Origin: Kiloniellaceae bacterium
Lineage (GTDB): Bacteria > Pseudomonadota > Alphaproteobacteria > Kiloniellales > Kiloniellaceae
Direction of reading: 5' to 3'
Length of the DNA stretch: 64,000 nt
NCBI GenBank assembly: GCA_050330205.1
Contig: JBHJOA010000016.1
Span: forward strand, 21,637-85,636
The translations under genes were made by a program, and so were the position numbers. Under the pieces are notes generated by a model. That model had not been told where the DNA came from, did not search any database, and saw nothing but the letters and a program-made list of their open reading frames with translations. Below are positions 42,318 through 51,646 of the stretch, one piece after another (position 1 is the first letter of the stretch; every line of letters begins with the position of its first letter).

Positions 42318-43301
42318 CTAACCCCAGAGTTCGGCGGCCGGCGGATAGACGAGGCTGTCTGTGATCCTCAAGGCGGGGTCACGGTCTTCGGCCAGCAGCA
42401 GCGGGCCGTCGAGATCGACCACCGCCACGCCCTGGGCCAACAGAACGCCGGGCGCCATGGCCAGCGAGGTCGCCAGCATGCAGCCGACCATGATGCCGTA
42501 GCCGGCCGCCTCGGCCGCCTGCTTCAGCTTCAGCGCCTCGGTGAGGCCGCCGGTCTTGTCGAGCTTGATGTTGATCATGTCGTAGCGACCCTCGAGGCCG
42601 GCCAGAGTCTTCGTGTCGTGGCAGGACTCGTCGGCGCAGACGGGAACCGGTCGCGCGATGCCCGCGAGCGCCGCGTCGTCGCCCGCCGGCAGCGGCTGTT
42701 CGATCATCTCGACGCCGAGGTCGAGCAGCTTGGGCGCCAGATCGACGTACTGCGTCGCCGTCCAGCCCTCGTTGGCGTCGACGATGATCCGGGCGCCGGG
42801 AGCATTGTGGCGCACTGCGGCGACCCGGTCGAGATCGTCCGGCCCGGCGAGCTTCAGCTTCAGCAGCGGGCGCTCGGCATTCTCCGCGGCCTTGCGCCCC
42901 ATGTTCTCGGCCGTGTCCAGGGAAAGCGTATAGGCGGTGGTCACCGGCCCCGGCGCCGGCAGGCCGGCCAGTTCCCAGTGGCGTTTGCCGGCGCGCTTGC
43001 ACTCCAGGTCCCAGAAGGCGAGATCGACGGCGTTGCGTGCCGCACCGGCGGGCAGCAGTGCCTGCAGCCCCTGACGGTCCAGGCCCTCGGCCAGCGGCCC
43101 GTGCAGGCTTTCGATCTGGTCGAGCACGCTCTGCATCGACTCTCCGTAGCGCGCATAGGGCACCGCCTCGCCGCGCCCCACGTCCCCGTTGCGGCTGAGT
43201 TCGACCAGCACCACCTCGGCTGTAGTCTTGCTGCCGCGCGAGATGGTGAAGCTGCCCCGGATCGGCCAGGACTCCGAGCGGACCGCAAGGACCGTCATCA
43301 T
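42318..43301 (-). CDS. dgcA: enolase-superfamily racemase/epimerase (dipeptide epimerase / N-acetyl-D-glutamate racemase DgcA-like)
   Basis: 327 aa. MR/MLE N and C domains (KLKLAGP..IIVDANEGW..IEQPLP..ADES). Paired with a DUF1611 gene through an ATGA overlap. Confidence 0.8.
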   Translation of the reverse strand: MMTVLAVRSESWPIRGSFTISRGSKTTAEVVLVELSRNGDVGRGEAVPYARYGESMQSVLDQIESLHGPLAEGLDRQGLQALLPAGAARNAVDLAFWDLECKRAGKRHWELAGLPAPGPVTTAYTLSLDTAENMGRKAAENAERPLLKLKLAGPDDLDRVAAVRHNAPGARIIVDANEGWTATQYVDLAPKLLDLGVEMIEQPLPAGDDAALAGIARPVPVCADESCHDTKTLAGLEGRYDMINIKLDKTGGLTEALKLKQAAEAAGYGIMVGCMLATSLAMAPGVLLAQGVAVVDLDGPLLLAEDRDPALRITDSLVYPPAAELWG

Positions 43302-44308
43302 GCGACCGGGGCGAGCATGCGGTCGACCAGCGGCGCCACGCCAATGGCGAAGGGGTCGACGGCAGGCAGCCCGAAGCGGTCCTCCAGCTCACCGAGGTAG
43401 GCCGTGACCTTGGATCTGTCCATCTGCGAGGTGTTCACGGCGATGCCGACGAACTCCGCCGCGGGGTTGGTAAGCCGCGCGGCGGCCAGGTTGGCCTCCA
43501 TGCAGGCGTCCAGCGTCGGCAGCTTGTAGTCCGGCAGGCCGCGCATGTGGGCGCGCGTCGGTTCGTGGCAGAGCACCAGGGAATCGGCCTGGGCACCGTG
43601 CAGCAGGCCGAGCGAAACCCCGGCGAAAGAGGCGTGGAACAGCGAGCCCTGGCCTTCGATGATGTCCCAGTGGTCGGCATCGTTGGCCGGCGACAGGTAC
43701 TCCACCGCCCCGGAGATGAAATCGGCGACCACGGCGTCGATGGAAACCCCGGAGCCGGCAATGAGAATCCCGGTCTGCCCGGTGGCCCGGAAATCAGCCT
43801 TGAGGCCACGCCCCTTCATCTCCTTTTCGATAGCCAGCGTTGTGTACATCTTGCCGACCGAGCAGTCGGTCCCGACGGCCAGCAGGCGCTTGCCCGGGCG
43901 CTTCTTGCCGCTGGCGACGTCGAACTCGCGGGTCGGATGCCGCACGTCGAAGAGGCGACGGCCGTGCTGTTCGGCCGCTGCCGCGAGGACCGGCACGTCG
44001 GCAAGGCGATTGTGCAGCCCGGCCGCCAAATCGTAGCCCTTCAACAAGGCCTCTTCGAGCAGCGAAATCCAGGCCTCGGAGAACACGCCGCCCCGGTTGG
44101 CGACCCCGATGACCAGGGTCCTGGCTCCGGCTTCGAGCCCCTGATCTAGGGTCATGTCGGCAAGGCCAAGGTCGGCTTTGCAACCGTCGAGGCGCAGCTG
44201 GCCGACGCACCAGTCCGGACGCCAGTGGGCAACGCCCTGCGCGGTCTTGGCCGCGAGCTGGTCGGGCGCGTCGCCCAAAAACAGAAGATAAGGATGCTGG
44301 ATCGCCAT
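43298..44308 (-). CDS. dgcN: DUF1611 protein (D-glutamate N-acetyltransferase DgcN-like)
   Basis: 336 aa from ATG 44308. PYLLFLGD, VGTDCSVGKMYT, HGAQADSLVLCHEP, characteristic of DUF1611. Confidence 0.8.
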   Translation of the reverse strand: MAIQHPYLLFLGDAPDQLAAKTAQGVAHWRPDWCVGQLRLDGCKADLGLADMTLDQGLEAGARTLVIGVANRGGVFSEAWISLLEEALLKGYDLAAGLHNRLADVPVLAAAAEQHGRRLFDVRHPTREFDVASGKKRPGKRLLAVGTDCSVGKMYTTLAIEKEMKGRGLKADFRATGQTGILIAGSGVSIDAVVADFISGAVEYLSPANDADHWDIIEGQGSLFHASFAGVSLGLLHGAQADSLVLCHEPTRAHMRGLPDYKLPTLDACMEANLAAARLTNPAAEFVGIAVNTSQMDRSKVTAYLGELEDRFGLPAVDPFAIGVAPLVDRMLAPVA

Positions 44309-44632
44309 ACGCCCCTCGAATTCCTGATTTGCCGTTGCTTCGGGCCGCGCGGCGCGCCCCGGACCGGTCGTGCGATTGCCCGCGGGCCGCCCCATTGAGG
44401 AGCGTCGCAGGTTGCTTTTCGGAGCGGCATCTTAGTGATCGCGGCGGGCGCCGCCAAGCCATGCAGCCGCGCAGCCGCTGCAGGGCTGCTCCGCCTTGAC
44501 TCGCCAGGACCGTGCCGGGGGCCTTGCTGGGGCCGCTGCCACGGATCCAATCGGCCGGACTTTGCCGCGGCGGGCGGCGGGCCTATGATCTGCCGCTGCC
44601 CTGCCCCGCAATCCCGAGTCCGCCATTTCCGC

Positions 44633-46081
44633 ATGACCGCAAGCATCCCGCCGTCAGGCCCGGGTCCGGAAAGCCCCCCGGATTCCGCCGAGCCCGCCGC
44701 GCCGCGGCCGGGGGACCTCGACAGCGAATGGCACCGCCGTGTCTGGGGACTGGCCGGGCCGATCATCCTCGCCAACCTGACCACGCCGCTGCTCGGGGCC
44801 GTCGATACCGCCGTGGTCGGCCACCTGCCGGACCCCAGCTACATCGGCGGCGTCGCCGTCGGCAGCGTCATCTTCAGCTTCCTGTTCTGGGGCTTCGGAT
44901 TCCTGCGCATGGGCACCACGGGCTTCACCGCCCAGGCCTACGGCACCGCCGATGTCCCGGAGCTGCGCGCCTGCCTGCTGCGCCCGCTGGTCCTGGCCGT
45001 CGGCTTCGGCTGCCTGTTGATTGTGCTGCAGAGCCCGCTGCGGACGCTGGCTCTTTGGGCCATCGACGCCAGTACCGAGGTCGAGGGTCACACCGCCGTC
45101 TATTTCGACATCCGCGTGTGGAGCGCGCCGGCGGTGCTGGTGAACTACGTGGTGCTCGGCTGGCTGCTCGGCGTGCAGCGTCCACGCGCGGCGCTCGTCC
45201 TGCAGCTCCTCATGAACGGCATCAATATCGCGCTCGACCTGCTCTTCGTCGTCGGCTTCGGCTGGGACGTCGCCGGCGTCGCCTGGGCGACGCTGATTGC
45301 CGAGGTGACGACGGCAATGGCTGGCCTGGCCCTGATCCTGAAGAGCCTGGGTCGCCTGCCGGGCGCGGACGACTGGCTGCGGCTGCGCGATCCGGCGCGC
45401 CTGGCCGCGTTGCTGCGGGTCAATTTCGACATCTTCCTGCGCACCCTCTGCCTGGTGCTGGCATTCGGTGTCTTCACTGCCCAGGGCGCCGGTTTCGGCG
45501 ACACAGTGTTGGCCGGCAACGCCATCCTGCTGCAATTCCAGTCCTTCATCTCCCACGGCCTCGACGGCTTTGCTCATGCCGCCGAGATCCTGGCCGGCGG
45601 CGCGCTCGGTGCGCGCAACCGCCGCACTTTCCGCCGCGCGGTAGTGGTCTGCGGTCTCTGGGGGCTTGCCGCCGCACTGCTGACGAGTCTGGTACTGCTT
45701 GCTGGGGGACCGCTGCTGATCTCCGTCTTTACGTCGCTGCCGGACGTACGTCTCACTGCCGAGACCTACCTGTGGTGGATGGTCGCCTCGCCGTTGCTGT
45801 CCGTCTGGAGCTTTCTGCTGGACGGCGTCTTCATCGGCGCGACCCGCACCGCCGCCATGCGCAACGCCATGGTGCTGTCGCTGGCGGTTTTTCTGCTCGC
45901 CAACTGGCTGCTGCTGGAGCGCTTCGGCAACCACGGCCTTTGGTTCAGCCTGATGCTGCTGATGGTGGCGCGTGGCGTCACCATGGCGCTCTACTACCCG
46001 GCGCTGGAACGATCCGTGGGAGAGTCGGGCAGCGGCCGGGATCCGGCGCGGATCAGGCCGGCACCGCCCGGGGCTGGTTGA
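44633..46081 (+). CDS. MATE family efflux transporter (DinF-like)
   Basis: 482 aa from ATG 44633 (ATG 44585 is an alternative). 12 predicted TM helices. GPIILANLTTPLLGAVDTAVVGHL. Confidence 0.88.
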   Translation: MTASIPPSGPGPESPPDSAEPAAPRPGDLDSEWHRRVWGLAGPIILANLTTPLLGAVDTAVVGHLPDPSYIGGVAVGSVIFSFLFWGFGFLRMGTTGFTAQAYGTADVPELRACLLRPLVLAVGFGCLLIVLQSPLRTLALWAIDASTEVEGHTAVYFDIRVWSAPAVLVNYVVLGWLLGVQRPRAALVLQLLMNGINIALDLLFVVGFGWDVAGVAWATLIAEVTTAMAGLALILKSLGRLPGADDWLRLRDPARLAALLRVNFDIFLRTLCLVLAFGVFTAQGAGFGDTVLAGNAILLQFQSFISHGLDGFAHAAEILAGGALGARNRRTFRRAVVVCGLWGLAAALLTSLVLLAGGPLLISVFTSLPDVRLTAETYLWWMVASPLLSVWSFLLDGVFIGATRTAAMRNAMVLSLAVFLLANWLLLERFGNHGLWFSLMLLMVARGVTMALYYPALERSVGESGSGRDPARIRPAPPGAG

Positions 46082-46601
46082 CGATACTGAGGAGCGGTCG
46101 GCAGGGCCGATCCATCAGTGCATCGCGGGTGGCATCGCTCTCGTCGATCGCGGCGGCATCGCAGTGCATCATGGCGACCCGCACGGCAGGCAGCGGAACC
46201 GTCGTCGCGCGCAAGGCCTGTTCCAGCCGGGTCGCCACACCGGCGGCCGCGGCCTCGTCGCCGATGCCCGGCGGATGGATAAAGATGACGATCAGGGCCC
46301 CGTCGTCGGCCTGCTCGACGATCAGCGAGCGGTCTTCGATGGCACCGAGACGGCTGTCACTTCCAGGGGCCAGGGTGACGCGGCAGAGGGACAGGCGCTG
46401 GTGCAGGCCGCGAAGGCGCCGCAGGCTGCTGACGATGCCCGCAGGCAGGCTCACGGCGGCGGAAATCACCGGCAGGGAAACGGAAGGCTGGGCCGCGGAA
46501 CGCGCCGGCCGGGCTTTCGGGCCACCCGGCCGGCGCAGGGGAAGCTCGGGGGAGTACCCGAAGGGAGGGGCCGTCAGAATGCTTCCCCTTTCCCGGCTCA
46601 T
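46053..46601 (-). CDS. hypothetical protein
   Basis: High GC3 in the C-terminal two-thirds. Follows the histidine kinase gene on the same strand. Start uncertain (46601, 46622 or 46700). Converges on and overlaps the MATE gene 3' end by 29 nt. Confidence 0.4.
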   Translation of the reverse strand: MSRERGSILTAPPFGYSPELPLRRPGGPKARPARSAAQPSVSLPVISAAVSLPAGIVSSLRRLRGLHQRLSLCRVTLAPGSDSRLGAIEDRSLIVEQADDGALIVIFIHPPGIGDEAAAAGVATRLEQALRATTVPLPAVRVAMMHCDAAAIDESDATRDALMDRPCRPLLSIVNQPRAVPA

Positions 46602-46798
46602 GCCGATTGGCTCGCTCCCCATGGGGCCAAGGGGACTACGATCGGCGACATGAATGCTCTGCTTGCTCCGCATCGGTAAGAAGGTACCGTGCCGCCGCAA
46701 CTGATGGGTGCGTCAAAGTTGTGGCGATATAGTCCAGGGATGTAAATGATTTAGCAATAATTCGGGTGGCCGCGGCTCTGATCTTCCCCGAAATTGCC

Positions 46799-48349
46799 CT
46801 ACGGAGCGAGGGGGAAGCGCAAGACCATCGCGAGCCCGCCGTCAGGACGGTTTTCCGCGCGAACGCTGCCGCCAATCGCCTGGAGGTTGCGGCGCACGAT
46901 CCACAGGCCTATGCCCATGTGAGGGCCGCCTTCCGCTTCCCCGTCATCGTCTCCGGGCTGCTGCTTTAGGCGCAGCGAAACATACCGTTCGAAGATGCGG
47001 GTCAACTCGCCGTGCGGTACGCCGGGGCCGCGGTCAAGCACCGAGAGTTCCGCGCGACCTTGGAGAGCGCGCAGTTCCACGATGATCTTCGAGCCGTTCG
47101 GCGACACCTCGATGGCGTTGTCGAAGATGTTCTCCAGCACCGTCTCCACCAGGTCCTCGCCGGCCAGCACGAAGACATCCGGCTGCAGGCGCGCATCGAG
47201 AATCAAGCGCCGGCTGGCGAAGGTATCGGCGTAGGCGGACAGCATCCGTTCCACGATGCGGGTGAGGCAGATGCGCTGGCGAGGCGGGTCGAGCAGTTCG
47301 GCAGTCGTCTCCTCCAGCCGGCGCGCGTAGGCCACCAGGTGATCGAGGCGATCGATCGAAACCTCGAGCACGTCAAGGGCGCGCTGGCCGCGGACTTCCT
47401 CGGGCGCCACCATGCGCCGCAATGGCTCCAGCGACTGCCGCATGATCGCGATCGGGGTCTTGAAGGCGTGGGCGTTGTCCTCGGCCGCCAGGCGGATGCT
47501 CTCCGCCGAGTCCTGCAGCGCCATCGTCATGCGGTCGAATTCCTCCGCCACCGGCGCCAGTTCGGGCACCCGGTTCTGCTGGGCGAAACTGACATGGCTC
47601 GCCCCCGCGCGAATGCTGCGTGCCAGGCGGCGGAAGCGCATTAGGCCGCGCCAGATCGAGACGAAGAGGCCGATGGTGAAGATCGCCATGGCGAAGTAGA
47701 TCGCCGCGGCGATGCGCACCTCGATGGTCTTCCAGTAGGGCTGATCGATGGAGGTGCCGAGAAATTCTGCGGTCGAGTGGGTCGTGATCACAGCCCAGCA
47801 GCCGGCCCCGGTATTGATCGGCGTGATCGAGGTCAGGAGCTCCTCGGCGCCGGAGGGCCGGCGGTGGCGCAGTGCCATGGAGAGTTCGCCCCAGCAGCTC
47901 TGCGCCAGATTGTCGAAAACCCCTCGTTCGACCAGGCGGTCGCGCTCGGCTTCGAGATCGTTCGGCGCGATGGGCGGCTGCGAGGCCACGAAAAAGAAGC
48001 TCTCCGCACCGAATTCTCCGGCCGGCCGGAATAGCACCTTCACCCCCGTCTGCTGGGTGGCGAAGCGCGCCACCTCGTCGTTGAGCAGCGGCAGCGAGGA
48101 CATCTCCTGCTGCTCCAGCATGGGGCGCAGGCTTTCCGCGACCATGCGCCCCTGCTCGCGCACGCTCTCCATCAGCAGGAAGCGCTTCTCGGCGTCCGCT
48201 TCCCGGAACTGGATATAGAGAATGACGGGAACCGCGCAGAAGATGATGAGCAGCAGCACCAGCTTGCTGATCAGCGATCGGAACGGCAGCCCGAAGTAGA
48301 AGCTGTTGGGCGTCGTCACCGACGCCGGCCCCTCTACCCGGGCAGCCAT
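46799..48349 (-). CDS. sensor histidine kinase (2 TM, periplasmic domain, HAMP, HisKA, HATPase_c)
   Basis: 516 aa. H-box EDNAHAFKTPIAIM. G-boxes DRGPGV and GIGLWIVRR. About 165-aa periplasmic loop between the TM helices. Confidence 0.9.
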   Translation of the reverse strand: MAARVEGPASVTTPNSFYFGLPFRSLISKLVLLLIIFCAVPVILYIQFREADAEKRFLLMESVREQGRMVAESLRPMLEQQEMSSLPLLNDEVARFATQQTGVKVLFRPAGEFGAESFFFVASQPPIAPNDLEAERDRLVERGVFDNLAQSCWGELSMALRHRRPSGAEELLTSITPINTGAGCWAVITTHSTAEFLGTSIDQPYWKTIEVRIAAAIYFAMAIFTIGLFVSIWRGLMRFRRLARSIRAGASHVSFAQQNRVPELAPVAEEFDRMTMALQDSAESIRLAAEDNAHAFKTPIAIMRQSLEPLRRMVAPEEVRGQRALDVLEVSIDRLDHLVAYARRLEETTAELLDPPRQRICLTRIVERMLSAYADTFASRRLILDARLQPDVFVLAGEDLVETVLENIFDNAIEVSPNGSKIIVELRALQGRAELSVLDRGPGVPHGELTRIFERYVSLRLKQQPGDDDGEAEGGPHMGIGLWIVRRNLQAIGGSVRAENRPDGGLAMVLRFPLAP

Positions 48350-48354
48350 GATGC

Positions 48355-49140
48355 CTAGGCCCCGCCCTTGCCGCTCTGATCGCGCCAGCGGTATCCGAAA
48401 CCGGGATAGTTCTCGATGCCGTCGAATGCATCGTCGACGTCTCGGAACTTCTTGCGGATCCGCTTGATGAAGGAGCGCACGTTGGCCCGATAGCCGTCGG
48501 GCCCATAGCCGGCCACAAAGTCCTTACCGCGCACGATGTCGTAGATCTGGCGGTACGACACGTCGCCGCCTTCTTGCGAAACCAGGAAAAGTACGATGGC
48601 GAACTCGGTAAGGGTCAGGTCGACCTGCATGCCGTCCCAGAAGGCGCGGCTGATGTCGGTCTTCAACTCCAGCGGCCCGTTGCGAATCACCGCCGGCGTA
48701 GGTCCGCCGCCTTCGGCCGACGGCTTGACGCCCTCGGTGATCAGCTTCAGGCGCTGCAGGATAATTGGAAGGCGGCGCGATTTGTCGATGAAATCGACGG
48801 CACCCCATTTCAAGGCCGCTTCCTCGTAGATCTCGTCACTCAGCACGGTGAGGAAAATCACCGGTGTCTGGATGCGGCATTCGCGCATGCGGCGCAGAAC
48901 CGCAAGGCCGTCGAGGCCCGGCATGCGCCAGTCGAGCAGAACCGCCTCGGCTTCCTCGCCGGACATCATGAACTCAAGCGCACTCTCGCCGTTGGCGAAG
49001 TCGACCACCTCATAGCCTTCCTCGGCCAGGTTGAGTCCCAGCGATTCACGGAACAGGTCGTCATCGTCGACGATGAAGACGCGGTTGAAATTGGTCTCTG
49101 TCACGACCGGCTGAGCAGCCATCATTGTTTCTTGCGCCAT
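48355..49140 (-). CDS. OmpR/PhoB-type response regulator
   Basis: 261 aa from ATG 49140 (AAGGGGG SD 5 nt upstream). Receiver (FIVDDDD..LLDWRMPGLDG..DFIDKS) plus winged-helix domain (LTLTEFAIVLFL..GFGYRW). Confidence 0.9.
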   Translation of the reverse strand: MAQETMMAAQPVVTETNFNRVFIVDDDDLFRESLGLNLAEEGYEVVDFANGESALEFMMSGEEAEAVLLDWRMPGLDGLAVLRRMRECRIQTPVIFLTVLSDEIYEEAALKWGAVDFIDKSRRLPIILQRLKLITEGVKPSAEGGGPTPAVIRNGPLELKTDISRAFWDGMQVDLTLTEFAIVLFLVSQEGGDVSYRQIYDIVRGKDFVAGYGPDGYRANVRSFIKRIRKKFRDVDDAFDGIENYPGFGYRWRDQSGKGGA

Positions 49141-49185
49141 CAGCGCCCCCTTTGGGTTTTCCTGCACCTCGCTCCTCGAGAAGCT

Positions 49186-49788
49186 TCAACTGCCGCCGGC
49201 CGCCCCAGTCGCGGAAGGCGCGGGCGATGCAGTCTCGCCCGGCCGGCCCGCCTCGGCCTGTGCCAGCAGTTCACTCAAACACAAACGGGCGAGGTCCGTC
49301 GCCTCGCCAGCCTTGGCAACCACGGTCTCCTGCCCGCTCCTGACTTCATAGGTCAGCACCCGAAAATCGCTTCCGCCCACCCTTGGGTAGAAAAAAATCC
49401 GCAGCGTACAACTTGGAGCATTGTATGCCCAGATTTTCGCCGGCGGTTGCTCGATGAGCAACGCCGGCGCGCCCAGCAACACCGTCGTACGGTCGAAATC
49501 GAGCCCGATCAATGCATCCGGATCGGCCTGCGGTGGACGCGTGGCGTCGATGGTCGCCTGGGATACCTCCGGCTTGCGGACCGGCGGAGGGGGCAACGGC
49601 TTCCGCGCAGCCACCTCTTCCGTCACATCCTCCGGAAACCGGCCTGCGTTGCTCAGCGCCTGCTCGGCGAGCACGGGACTCTCGGCTGCCTCCGCCGGAT
49701 CGCGCAGATCGGGAAACTGGATGCCCAATTCCGCGCAGGCGGAAAGGCCCAGCAATGCCGTCCCCAGGACCCCGGTTAGGAGTCTCAT
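49186..49788 (-). CDS. lipoprotein, hypothetical
   Basis: 200 aa. Lipobox LLGLSAC. Proline-rich linker. First gene of the lipoprotein-RR-HK string (45-nt gap to the RR ATG at 49140). Confidence 0.65.
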   Translation of the reverse strand: MRLLTGVLGTALLGLSACAELGIQFPDLRDPAEAAESPVLAEQALSNAGRFPEDVTEEVAARKPLPPPPVRKPEVSQATIDATRPPQADPDALIGLDFDRTTVLLGAPALLIEQPPAKIWAYNAPSCTLRIFFYPRVGGSDFRVLTYEVRSGQETVVAKAGEATDLARLCLSELLAQAEAGRPGETASPAPSATGAAGGS

Positions 49789-50317
49789 TATCGTTTTCCT
49801 GACCCTCGCACCGTTCCGGCAGCAACCCGGAACCCATCGATCGTGAAGCCCAATTTCTTAACGAATTCCTAAAACTGCTGAGGGGGAGCAATGCCGTGCC
49901 CAGTCTGCTGGATCAAGATACGCCGGTAAGTGCCTAATCTGCAACGCACCTGCAGGGGTGTGACAAAGTTCGGCCCCCTCTCACGTCACCGGAATACGAG
50001 TTAATTCGCCACCGCGGAGCGACTGGTGCCGCTGCCCGCACTCGCGGGATCGCGGCTGCGCAGTTCCGAACACGTCAGACTAATGCCCCGCAGCAGTCGC
50101 CCTCAACCGCGATCTTTGCCCGCCAAAAGCGGCAAAGTTGCGGCAGAGATGCAACCTCGCGGCCACAAGTTCAACACAGGTAACGCACCGGCGCCGCCGG
50201 GGTTCCAAGCCGGTCGCAATTATCCCACCCGGCCGACACCGCATCCCGGCCGCTTGCCGGCCTTCCGCGCAGACGACCGCCGCTGTCGGCGGCCTCCCCG
50301 GTCGTTGTCATCTGGGA

Positions 50318-50346
50318 TTGACAACCGCTGCCGGGGCGCTTGTTAT
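50318..50346 (+). promoter_or_regulatory. sigma70-like promoter of potFGHI
   Basis: TTGACA (50318-50323), N17, TGTTAT (50341-50346), about 75 nt upstream of the potF ATG. Confidence 0.4.
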
Positions 50347-50425
50347 CAAAGGTAGTATGGCTGAATGGCCGAAACGCGGCGCTTTGCTGGCGCCCGAACG
50401 AAGTCACGACAACAGGGAAGCAGGT

Positions 50426-51526
50426 ATGAACAGAACCCAAATCTTTGCCCCGGCCGGCGTCGCGATCGCCTTCGCCCTAGCGCTGGGGCCGGCGGCGGCG
50501 CAGACCAAAACCGTCCACGTCTACAACTGGTCCGACTATATCGACGAATCGGTCCTGGCGGAATTCGAAGCGGAGACGGGGATCAGGGTCGTCTACGACG
50601 TCTTCGATTCCAACGAAGTGCTGGAAACCAAGCTGCTGGCCGGCGGCTCCGGCTACGACGTGGTGGTGCCCACCGGCACTTTCCTGGCGCGCCAGATTCA
50701 GGCCGGCGTCTTCCGCAAGCTCGACAAGGACAAGCTGCCGAATCTCGACAATATGTGGGATGTTGTCGAGAAACGGACTGTAAAGTACGATCCGGGCAAC
50801 GAATACTCGGTCAACTACATGTGGGGCACCACCGGGATCGGCTACAACGAGGAGAAGATTCTCGAGCGGATGCCCGACGCCCCGGTGAATTCCTGGCGCA
50901 TGCTGTTCGACCCCGAGGTCGTCTCCAAGTTCGCCGACTGCGGCATCCATGTGCTCGACGCACCGACCGAATTGATTCCCGCGGCCCTCAACTACATCGG
51001 CGAGGACCCGGACAGCCAGGATCCGGACGTCATCGCCAAGGCCGAGCCGGTCCTGATGGCGATTCGCCCCTACATCCAGAAGTTCCATTCCTCCGAATAC
51101 ATCAATGCGCTGGCCAACGGCGACATCTGCATGGCGCACGGCTGGTCCGGTGACGTGCTGCAGGCCCGCGACCGCGCGGACGAGGCCGAGAACGGGGTCA
51201 TCGTCAAGTACGTGGCCCCGGACGAAGGCGCCCTGATGTGGTTCGACCAGATGGCCATCCCCGCCGATGCCCCGCACCCCGAGGAGGCGCACGCCTTCAT
51301 CAACTTCATGATGAAGCCCGAGGTGATGGCCAAGGCGTCGAACTACGTCTACTTCGCCAACGGCAACCTGGCATCGCAGGAACTGCTGGACGAAGAGGTG
51401 ATCGACGATCCGGCGATCTACCCGACCGCGGAAGCCATGGAGATGCTCTATACGACCTCTCCCTACGAACCGCGCGTCCAGCGGGTCGTCACCCGCCTGT
51501 ACACCAAGGTGAAGAGCGGACAGTAA
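50426..51526 (+). CDS. potF: putrescine/polyamine-binding periplasmic protein
   Basis: 366 aa from ATG 50426 (GGGAAG SD). Signal peptide ending AAAQ. VHVYNWSDYI and the PotD/PotF fold. Confidence 0.9.
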   Translation: MNRTQIFAPAGVAIAFALALGPAAAQTKTVHVYNWSDYIDESVLAEFEAETGIRVVYDVFDSNEVLETKLLAGGSGYDVVVPTGTFLARQIQAGVFRKLDKDKLPNLDNMWDVVEKRTVKYDPGNEYSVNYMWGTTGIGYNEEKILERMPDAPVNSWRMLFDPEVVSKFADCGIHVLDAPTELIPAALNYIGEDPDSQDPDVIAKAEPVLMAIRPYIQKFHSSEYINALANGDICMAHGWSGDVLQARDRADEAENGVIVKYVAPDEGALMWFDQMAIPADAPHPEEAHAFINFMMKPEVMAKASNYVYFANGNLASQELLDEEVIDDPAIYPTAEAMEMLYTTSPYEPRVQRVVTRLYTKVKSGQ

Positions 51527-51538
51527 GTCCGCAAACCG

Positions 51539-51576
51539 CGGCCCCGCCCCGAAAGGAGCGGGGCCGTTCCTTTGTG
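51539..51576 (+). terminator. intra-operon intrinsic terminator/attenuator after potF
   Basis: CGGCCCCGC-10 nt-GCGGGGCCG followed by TTCCTTTGTG. Confidence 0.6.
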
Positions 51577-51646
51577 AATCCCGGCTCCGCGGAGCATTGG
51601 CCCCGGCCGGTGAAGTGGTGAGTCGGTCAGCAGGGGGTAGGTACCG

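Noticed and set aside
49858-49872. TTAA-N7-CTAA, a near match to the CtrA box TTAA-N7-TTAA, upstream of the lipoprotein-RR-HK string
   Set aside because: It is a single site with a mismatch in one half-site within an AT-richer stretch, which is expected by chance. There is no supporting second site.
50026-50355. 109-aa ORF in the potF upstream gap
   Set aside because: The translation is R/P-rich and low-complexity, there is no SD, and it overlaps the predicted potF promoter. It is probably not coding.
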